Shown: positions 1-8,992 of the stretch, one piece after another
How the letters are laid out: each line of letters opens with the position of its first letter
How positions within the stretch are numbered: the stretch's first letter is position 1
DNA from: Octopus sinensis
Taxonomy: Eukaryota
Direction: 5' to 3'
Assembly (NCBI RefSeq): GCF_006345805.1
Contig: NW_021827072.1
Span: 1-11,114 of the forward strand
Length of the DNA: 11,114 nt
Position numbers and translations under genes: made by a program
The notes under the pieces: model-generated
Database searches by the model: none
The model's input: the letters and a program-made list of their open reading frames with translations, nothing else
Told to the model about the DNA's origin: nothing

Positions 1-87
1 AACAAAAAAAAACAAAACAAACAAACAAAAAACAACAAAAACACATCTTTTAATGAAGCTCCACATTCTACTTTTGTCATTATTATT

Positions 88-955
88 TACACACAGATAC
101 ACATACCAACGCATGCATATACACAAACCCACATAAGCGTATACATACACACACCCATATATGAATATATGTGAATATATGAATAAATTTATGCATCTAT
201 GTGTGCATGTATATATATATGTATATATGCTTTCTAATGTATACATACACATACACACATATATATATGTATATGCTTGTTTATAAATACAGTCATTCAT
301 ACATACGCACGAATATACATACATGCATACATCTATACATACATATATACATACATTTATGTATATATGTATGCATGCATATATATGTACATATGCTTGT
401 TTATACACACACACATATGTATATATATATGTATACTTGTTTATACATACATTCATACATACATACGTACACACACGTATACATATACACACACACGTAC
501 ACTCACATAATACATACAAACATACATACATACATACATACATATATACACATACATATATACACATACACTCATACGTACACTTACATATATACATACG
601 TACATACATACATACATATATACACATACATATATACACATACACTCATACGTACACTTACATATATACATACATACATATATACACATACATATATACA
701 AACATACACACACGTACACTCACATAATACATACATGCGTACATACATACATATATACATACATACATATATACACATACACTCATACGTACACTTACAT
801 ACATACATACATACATACACACGCATACATACATACACATACACTCATACGTGCACTTACATATATACATACACACACATACACAAGTATACATACACAC
901 TTAAATACAGTCTCACACACACATACACACACACCCTCTCTCTTTCACACACACT
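88..955. repeat. Compound (TACA)n/(TA)n/(CA)n microsatellite tract with internal higher-order duplications
   Basis: Seen directly. It explains the H/T/Y/I-rich and M/Y/V/C-rich ORFs at 201-1067. Confidence 0.95.
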
Positions 956-1638
956 TTTTTTTTGTTTAGCCTGTAGTCATCACTACTTCAGTTCTGATTT
1001 TGTCGCAGATTTTGTTATTTATTTCGTACAAGATTGCAGACAGGTTACAGCCATTCTCTCTGCTTGATATCAATACAGCCATCGCCTTTTATCATTATAA
1101 CATTATCTGATACGAAAATATTTTTCTATCTTCTAATTTACTTTATTGTCTTTTATTTCTGCAAAACATAAGTTCTTAACAAAGGTAAATCCTAATTATG
1201 GCTGTTAATAATGTCGTAAAGCTGGAAATTTAGGAGAAGAAATCCGTCTATCAGATACTGCACTTCCACGAGACCAGTAATTACACAGGAGACGTAATTA
1301 AACACCGAACCATAATTAAAAATGCATAATCAAATATCGAGACACCATTAAAAGGACTTAATCAAATACGAGAAGGTATTTTATTCGATACTTTGCGCAT
1401 TCTTCGCAATCATCGACGCCAGTTTATTTTTAACTCGACTCTTTTCTTCTTCTCTTCCCGTAACTGTTCCCTTGATTGTGATGATATGGAATGAAGATAT
1501 TTTTAATGTCAGACTAGCAATGTGGCTGACATAAAAATTCCCCCCCTGTTGACGAAATTTAATATGCTCACTTCGAAAGAAAGTCGTAACTCAGTAATTT
1601 TGCTTGTGCGTAATCGCTGTTGCCAGAAAAGGAAACAC

Positions 1639-1951
1639 TGCGTCATTTTCTTCACGGCCACAAAATAAATCGTTATTGAGATAAAACTATGACTGGCACA
1701 AATCCTTTAGATAAAGTCCACGGGTTATTGGCCCATCAACAAAGCATGCGTTATGAAGGAATAAATATACCGGAATTATTCATAACCGACGCCGTGCTGG
1801 TTATTTGACGTATCCGAATTTTCTACCACCAAGTAAATGTGGAGACGCCATTTGCAAGTTTGTTTATAGTTTTATAAATACTCTCCTGCCGCTGTCATTC
1901 GGCAGATTGGAAAGGAGAAGTAAGCCTTATATCCAGTTGCATAAAGGTGAG
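1639..1951 (+). promoter_or_regulatory. Possible core promoter / first-exon region
   Basis: CRE-like TGCGTCA 1639-1645 and TGACGT 1806-1811; YY1-like CGCCATTT 1846-1853; TATAAATA 1873-1880; Inr-like TCATTC 1895-1900; donor AAG|GTGAG 1944-1951. Motif-level evidence only, and the TATA-Inr spacing (24 nt) is shorter than canonical. Confidence 0.2.
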
Positions 1952-2047
1952 CTGCTAAAACTGTAACCCATTACAATGATGCATCAAAGAAAAGCAACTA
2001 GCTACTCTGCTTGTTGCAAATCAGTGACCAATGGTCGCTTTGTTTAC

Positions 2048-2238
2048 TATATATTGTTTGCTGGAGCGCACTCTGTCTATCTCTCTGGCGACCATATGTT
2101 CGCGACTGAAGATGAACAAACTGGATCGAAATTAATCTGCTGTAGGTTGGTAGGGATTCGCTCCCTTGCTGGCAATATATACAGGAAGCAGGCTGTACCT
2201 ATAACCAGCTGGCGGAAGATCTGCCTGGGGTTAAATTA
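2048..2238 (-). mobile_element. Degenerate foldback element, inverted relative of the 2658-2885 element
   Basis: The reverse complement of 2224-2238 matches 2658-2672 (14/15). The reverse complement of 2200-2212 matches 2684-2696 (13/13) with the same 11-nt spacer. CAAGGGA is shared (RC of 2162-2168 = 2719-2725). Internal inverted arms: TATATATTG 2048-2056 / CAATATATA 2173-2181 and GGAGCG 2063-2068 / CGCTCC 2159-2164. Confidence 0.6.
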
Positions 2239-2657
2239 GTAGTGACATTGAACAGCCATACTGATGTGGCAATTAGCCTTACTTGTTACTACTCTCATCA
2301 TTTATTAGGATAGTAAAACTAGCTACTTTGCTTATAAATATATATAAGGCAATTATGTAGATAAGCAAATTAAATATAACAGCTTGGGTTTGATATACAA
2401 TATATGTGTATATGTATAGATGGAAAACAAGAGAAAGAGAGAAAGCAAGGACTGAAGACTTTGAAACGATGAATAACGTATAAATATATAGGTATATATA
2501 TTAATAGATCAAACTTACATACAGTACAAACTTAAATATTCATTAGAAAATTACTATTTATAAATCTCGCAACGTGAGATATTCAGCAACAGTACTTTGG
2601 AGTAAAGATTGTTTGCCAACATAACATAGCAGTCATTATTTAGGACGAATATTGCTG

Positions 2658-2885
2658 TAATTTAGCCCCAGGAGACATCGTCTCCAGCTGGTTATACGAC
2701 ACGATCTTTTATTTAGAACAAGGGAATCTAGCACCCCCACTCAGCTCAAAACGATATCTATGTATCACGATTTCCGGCTTATTTCATCATACACAGATAT
2801 TGTTTTGAGCTGAGTGGGGGTGCTAGATTCCCTTGTTCGAAAATCATAGACACAGATCGTGTCGTACAGCCAGCTAAAGATGATG
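2658..2885. mobile_element. Foldback (MITE-like) element with long inverted repeats
   Basis: Inner arms 2716-2765 / 2789-2838 (50 bp, 2 mismatches, 23-nt loop). Outer arms 2686-2707 / 2854-2875 (22 bp, 2 mismatches). Weaker pairing 2676-2685 / 2876-2885. Small hairpin GGAGAC-ATC-GTCTCC at 2671-2685. Confidence 0.8.
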
Positions 2886-2961
2886 CGTTTTACTAATACA
2901 TAACACCTGTTTGTTGTTTTACACACCAGATCTTCGTTTTTTTGTATTTTTTTTTGTAAAT

Positions 2962-2973
2962 TCTCTCTCTCTC

Positions 2974-3022
<49 letters not shown>

Positions 3023-3036
3023 TATATATATATATA
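2962..3036. repeat. (TC)n-(TA)n microsatellite
   Basis: Seen directly. Confidence 0.95.
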
Positions 3037-3258
3037 AATGTAAAATAATTAAAGGTAGAAATCAATATTTATCAATTAAACCAGTGGTCTAGCATATTAA
3101 AAAGAATCCGAAGATTAAATATTTATATATACCAATTAAGGACTGAACACGAAAAGTGGACAGTCAACCATGCTAGATATAGAACGTCAAATCGCTATTC
3201 TCCACATTTTGTGGAGAATGCGTCCTTGAATCTAATATACATACAGCAGGGTCACATC
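3037..3258. mobile_element. 222-bp non-coding element inserted between (TA)n tracts; probable interspersed repeat
   Basis: Complex sequence sharply bounded by (TA)n on both sides. Internal stems: TCTAGCAT 3088-3095 / ATGCTAGA 3170-3177; GACTG 3141-3145 / CAGTC 3161-3165; perfect ATTCTCCACA-TTT-TGTGGAGAAT hairpin 3197-3219. Confidence 0.5.
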
Positions 3259-3304
3259 ATATATATATATATGTATATTCTATATATATAGATACACTAC
3301 ATAT

Positions 3305-3338
<34 letters not shown>

Positions 3339-3465
3339 CTATACATATATATATATATTATATATATAGTATCTCTATATATATATATTATATATATATA
3401 TATAATATATAGGATACTATGAGGACTATATATATATATAGCTATATATTATATATATATATACC
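3259..3465. repeat. Degenerate (TA)n microsatellite
   Basis: Seen directly. Confidence 0.9.
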
Positions 3466-3544
3466 ACATAGGCTATAATGCTACAGGCGAGGTCCGAGAT
3501 CGAAAAATTCCCAACCTAAAGTAGACCAAATGATGGTGGCGACA

Positions 3545-4112
3545 GAAAAAATAAAATTTCAACGACAAGCAATAAGAACAGAAGCCCATAAAAGCAATAA
3601 AAAAAACAGTGGCGAAAAGAATACCCAAATATGTCAATAATTCAAAAACAACAAACAACAAAAAAAGCTCAATATTCAAAAACAACAACAACACATCACA
3701 TGGAACACATTCAACATCATGCATCTATAAATGAAAATGAAAATAAAACAAAAAAGAAACAAAAATAAATAAGAGACGATAATAACAACTGCAAAAATGT
3801 AAAAAAAAAAAAAACAGGTGTAAAAATGAAGAAAAAATATGCAGCAACAACAAGAACAAGAGCATCGATGACAAAGAAAAATAATAATAATATAAATAAT
3901 AAACAATAAATAAAACTACAGAGATAACTGCTAGCGCTGGAAGGACTCAATACGGCAATGATGATGAGACGAGATGAATAAAGTGAGACCGAGAGCTCTG
4001 AAGAGTAAAAAATAATAATATAATAATAAATAATATAATAATAAATAATAATAATAATAATAAATGATAATAATAATAATGATATGATAATGAAATAACG
4101 ATAATGATAATC

Positions 4113-4143
<31 letters not shown>

Positions 4144-4382
4144 GAATATAATAATAATAATGATATAATAATAATATAATGATATGATAATAATGATAAT
4201 AATAATGATGATAATAATAATAATAATGATAATAAAGATAATAATAATAATAAATAATACAAAATAATAATAATAATAATAAAATAATAAATGATATGAT
4301 AATGATAATAATATATAATAATAGAAATAATATAATGATAATAATAATAATGATAATAAAATAATAATAATATTAATAATAT

Positions 4383-4413
<31 letters not shown>

Positions 4414-4690
4414 AAATATAATAATAATAATATAATAATAATAAATAATAATAATATAATAATAATAATAATAAAGATAATAAAAATGACGACAATAGCA
4501 ACAACCACAATAATAACAGTAATACCAATAATAACACAATAATAACATAAACGTTAGAACACAATACAAATGAAATAACAATACAATAGAGAGTGGAAAA
4601 ATAGTAACGATGATGATGATGATGATAAAATAATGATGATATAATAATAATGTTGATGACAACAATATAATAATAGTACTAATAATAATA

Positions 4691-4721
<31 letters not shown>

Positions 4722-4910
4722 GGTGATAATAATAATAATAATAATATAATATACTAATAATATCATAATAATAATAAAATAATAATAATTGATGATGGAT
4801 GATGATAATAATGATAAAATAATAATGATAATAATAATAATAATGATGATGATGATGATGATAATAATAATGATAATAATAATAATGATAATAATAATAA
4901 TAATAATAAT
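3545..4910. repeat. Long degenerate (AAT)n/(AAC)n/(GAT)n tract
   Basis: Seen directly. It explains the I/Y/L-rich minus-strand ORFs at 3676-4941. Confidence 0.9.
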
Positions 4911-5474
4911 GCCCTGATGCAGTACCAGCAGTGGCTATCATGGCTTCTGATCTTAACTGATTGGAAGCGTTACCATGTACATTGTTTTTTCTTGGTATAA
5001 AAGATGGCTACAGCAAATATTCTGCTCAATACCCAGATTTGCTTGTCAGTTGTTTGGCCTTAACCAGTTGAGCATGTCCCTTAGTGGCTGACGATATGTG
5101 CATCTCTGATCACGAGCAGAAGTAGTGGGGGGAGCATAGCCATGTGTAGTGGGGGATGCCATGTGTGAGAGGGATTCTTGGGGTCATTGAAATAGTTCAC
5201 CTCTGGAACATGGTGGTTTTTCAACACCTTAAACAAACCTTATTCAGGGACCTTTTGAGCAGGATGGGCTACTCAACCTGAAGAAAATTCTAACTGGGCC
5301 CCACCGCAAGGTCATGTGCTGTTTTATCTTGATATGAGATCACCATGCCGCGCACATATGGTTGTGATGGCATGTGCCTGGTGTTACCCTAATCAGACGG
5401 GTAGTCATGATGGGTATATTGGGCTTCGTATATTTTACCCCAGTGTCACTTTGATGGCATGCATGCTCTCACTC
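4911..5474. mobile_element. 564-bp non-coding interspersed element embedded in (AAT)n; probable non-autonomous retroelement
   Basis: Higher-GC complex sequence with sharp junctions to (AAT)n on both sides (AATAAT|GCCCTGATG ... CTCACTC|AATAAT). No coding motif or clear Pol III boxes. It resembles an abundant octopus repeat from recall, not verified. Confidence 0.65.
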
Positions 5475-5503
5475 AATAATAATAATAATAATAATAATAA
5501 TGA

Positions 5504-5537
<34 letters not shown>

Positions 5538-5558
5538 TTAATAATAATAATAACAATA

Positions 5559-5590
<32 letters not shown>
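5475..5590. repeat. (AAT)n-(GAT)n microsatellite
   Basis: Seen directly. Confidence 0.95.
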
Positions 5591-5808
5591 ATTTACAAAA
5601 TAACAGAAAAGGAAAAATAAAGTAAGAACATGAATTTAAAAGAATAAAAAAAAGCAACTAATAAGATCATTAAAACAAGAAGAAACGTTTTTTTTTGTTT
5701 TTTTTTTGCCTTTGTATAAAGGAAATGGTTGAGAAGTTGCGCAGACTGATTAACGCTGTGTTGCGTTTTGGTGTCCATTCAGAACATTAGTAAAACAACT
5801 CGGCAACG

Positions 5809-6540
5809 ACACACACACACACACACACACACTTACACACACTTACACACACACACATACTCACACACACATACATACACACACACACACACTTACACAC
5901 ACACACTCACACACACATACTCACACACTTACACACGCACATACTCACACACACACATACACACACACACACTTACACACACACACACACACACACTTAC
6001 ACACACACATACTCACACACACATACACACACACACACTTACACACACACACTCACACACACATACTCACACACTTACACACGCACATACTCACACACAC
6101 ACACACACTTACCACACACACACCCACACACACTTACACCACACATACTCACACACACATACATACACACACACTTACACACACACACACACTCACACTC
6201 ACACACATCTTACACACACGCATATACTCACACACACACACACACACACACACTTACACACACACATACTCACACACAACACACCACACACACACATCTC
6301 ACACACACACTACACACCCTTCCACACACTACTCACACACACACACACACACACTTACACACACCACATACTCACACACAACACACATATCACATACACA
6401 CACTTACACACACACACACATACTCACACCCCACACACTTACACACACACACACACTTACACACACACACACAACACTTACACACACACACATACTCACA
6501 CACACCACACACACACGCACACCACACACACACACACACG
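5809..6540. repeat. Complex (CA)n tract with recurring CTTAC and CATACT interruptions
   Basis: Seen directly. It explains the HT-rich ORF 5768-6703. Confidence 0.95.
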
Positions 6541-6751
6541 CGCTTATATATATTCACAAGATGAAGGACAGAAAGTGAGATGCGTTGAAAATATTCTACA
6601 AATATACTCCCCCAAACGTACTCAGAAAGCTAGATATATAAACACAAATTTATATCTATGTACGCAGGCATACTCATACACATACAAACATATAAAACAT
6701 TGACATAAAAATACACCCAATCCCGTGCCCAAATAAACACACAGAAACACA

Positions 6752-6877
6752 CTTACCTGCTCTGGTCTTAACGTTTAAAGAGAATGGTGGAGTGAACCAC
6801 AATATTTTCCGGTGGCGTTTTGTTTTAGTGGAGCCAGGGTCTGGCACGTAATTAATATTATCTACAGGTGCACCACA
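6752..6877 (-). mobile_element. Penelope-like retroelement ORF fragment (region between RT and GIY-YIG endonuclease)
   Basis: The minus strand translates as CGAPVDNINYVPDPGSTKTKRHRKILWFTPPFSLNVKTRAGK. This matches the recalled PLE motif R.R.I.WFNPP[FY]S.NV.T..G[KR].FL. There is an in-frame TAA just upstream (6878-6880) and the frame is lost just downstream. It is too short and Met-less to appear in the ORF track. Confidence 0.8.
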
Positions 6878-7045
6878 TTAATAATACACACCTTCTCCAC
6901 TTCAAGATAACTCTTCCCGGCTTCACAGCTAACCCGAACGGAGGTACATAACTCCTAACCTAATACCCTGGCCCTTTTTTGTTTCACTACCTTTTTTCAC
7001 AGCAGCTGCTGACCTCCGATAATAGAGAGCAGTCGCTATATTCCC

Positions 7046-7155
7046 ATTCATATCGGTTAACTCTGATGAGCGTAAAGTTATATAATCGGATTGTTACCTA
7101 ACATTCCATTGTATTCTATACGCGAAACCGATTGGTAAGATCAGCCGTGATGAAT
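7046..7155 (+). ncRNA. Type I hammerhead ribozyme (HHR-A)
   Basis: CTGATGA 7063-7069; stem II GCGTA 7070-7074 / TACGC 7119-7123; GAAA 7124-7127; stem III CCGATTGG 7128-7135; GUA cleavage triplet ending at 7137. Stem I is GGTTAACT 7055-7062 / AGATCAGCC 7138-7146 (imperfect), plus ATTCAT 7046-7051 / ATGAAT 7150-7155. Confidence 0.85.
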
Positions 7156-7178
7156 ATCTAATACTATACATTTCGGAT

Positions 7179-7194
7179 AATATATATATATATA
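7179..7194. repeat. (TA)n tract separating the two ribozyme-bearing units
   Basis: Seen directly. Confidence 0.9.
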
Positions 7195-7332
7195 ATTCAA
7201 GGTGAGTACTTGATAATTGTAAGCACCTGTATATACCGTTTGGTGGTGTATATACCGTTTGGTCGTACGCGAATGAGAGGATTTGCATCCCCAACGTAGA
7301 ATTTTTGATGTAATACATGTCCTTGAGGTAGT

Positions 7333-7424
7333 GATTGTGCGCGGCTGAAGAAGGCCATAGACACACATTATGCATTGTTATAAATCCGTCTAATAAAGGC
7401 CCGAAACATATGTACTGCTGAATC
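7333..7424 (+). ncRNA. Type I hammerhead ribozyme (HHR-B)
   Basis: CTGAAGA 7345-7351; stem II GGCC 7353-7356 / GGCC 7398-7401 closed by an A.C pair (7352/7402), with TAGAC 7358-7362 / GTCTA 7388-7392; GAAA 7403-7406; palindromic stem III CATATG 7407-7412; GUA triplet ending at 7414. Stem I is GCGG 7341-7344 / CTGC 7415-7418 and GATT 7333-7336 / AATC 7421-7424. Confidence 0.8.
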
Positions 7425-7452
7425 TCTTGGCATCATGTTTTTATTTTGATTA

Positions 7453-7574
7453 ATTATATATATGATGTATGTATGTATGTATGTATGTATGTATGTATGT
7501 ATGTATGATATATTGTATGTATGTATGTATGTATGTATGTATGTATCTATATCTATCCTATCTATCTACCTATC

Positions 7575-7607
<33 letters not shown>

Positions 7608-7612
7608 ATATA

Positions 7613-7657
<45 letters not shown>

Positions 7658-7665
7658 TATATACG
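7453..7665. repeat. Compound (TATG)n-(TATC)n-(TA)n microsatellite
   Basis: Seen directly. Confidence 0.95.
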
Positions 7666-8629
7666 CACATCTCTGGTCTGTGTCTCTATTGGCAAGAAAT
7701 CTTGAAGTAAAACTGAATGATGACAAACATACATACATACATATATACAATACGTACATATATATATATACATACGTGTATTTTGCAATTCCAGTCTATT
7801 GGCGGCTCAGGGAGAATTTGTAAGACATTCCCAAAATTTTCCGTCTGAGATTCTTACATGAATATATGCACATATTTGGGTGCATGGATCGATAGTCAAC
7901 CAACATATCAACTGAAGCATATATTTACGAACAGCGAGAACTCTCTCAATTCAAAAAAGTCTTGTCGCTTTGTTAGTGGTCGGCTTGAAATCTCTTAAAT
8001 AGAACTCAAAGAAACTGGTATAAATAGATAGACATAGATACGCGAGAGACTAAAGAAAGCAGACGATCGATAAATACACGGTAGACCAACTTAAAACGTT
8101 CTCATACTGAAGTGAAGCATGCGCTCTGAATAGAATTGTCCCCGTTTTGATATTTATACATGCTAACATACATGTTAAACTACAAACACAACACATATAA
8201 CAGCCAATCAGTGAAGCACGTTAACTCTAAATTGCAGACAGATGGACACAACGATATAATGCTTCACAGCTCTACGCTCATACAGCGACACAAAACAAGT
8301 GATGTAAAACAATATCGGCCTTTATGTTCTTTTTAGGTTCTCGTTGTGTTTTTCTTTTTTTTGTACTAAATACAACAATAACGACAGCAATAATGTGAAA
8401 AAAGAAGTAGCAACAGTCACTACAATAACAACAACAACAACTATATGAATAAATGGTATTAAAACAAATAACAGAAAACTTGAAAATTTGCAGAACTGAA
8501 TTTTCCCTTCTGGGGATTTTACTGAAGCAAATTTTGGTTTTTTTAATAAACAAACGGTCTGGAAGTTGTGCAAATGGAGCAAATGGTTTTATAAAAAACC
8601 AAGTGGGAAACTTGAAACGAAACAAAATA

Positions 8630-8992
8630 ACACATACATACATATATACATACATACATACATACATACATACACACATACATACACACATACATACACA
8701 CATACATACATACATACATACATACATACATACATGCACGCATACACACATACATACATACATACATACACACATACATACACACATACATACACACATA
8801 CATACACACATACATACACACATACATACACACATACATACATACACACATACATACACACATACATACACACATACATACACACATACATACATACATA
8901 CATACACACATGCACGCATACACACACACACGCACACACACATATTTATACATATATATATATATGTATTTTTGTATGTATGTATGCATATG
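8630..8992. repeat. (TACA)n/(TACACACA)n microsatellite
   Basis: Seen directly. It explains the ORFs at 8278-9042. Confidence 0.95.

Noticed and set aside
1976-2239. 87-aa ORF
   Set aside because: No recognisable motif, and it overlaps the decayed foldback repeat.
2452-2480. CTGAAGA-CTTT-GAAA-CG...CGTA hammerhead-like string
   Set aside because: No stem II and no stem I pairing; chance or unrecoverable remnant.
3925-3990. Island of complex sequence in the AAT tract, vaguely like an R4/Dong 3' end
   Set aside because: Too short and noisy; the resemblance rests on memory only.
5088-5094. CTGACGA core-like heptamer (and CTGAAGA at 5278-5284) in the 564-bp element
   Set aside because: No downstream GAAA with stems II/III.
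7806-7849. Imperfect hairpin CTCAG-GGAGAATTTG...CAAAATTTTCC-GT-CTGAG
   Set aside because: Only ~15 bp with bulges; too short for a pre-miRNA and expected by chance.
8202-8211. Consensus NF-Y CCAAT box AGCCAATCAG
   Set aside because: Isolated motif with no supporting core promoter or exon.
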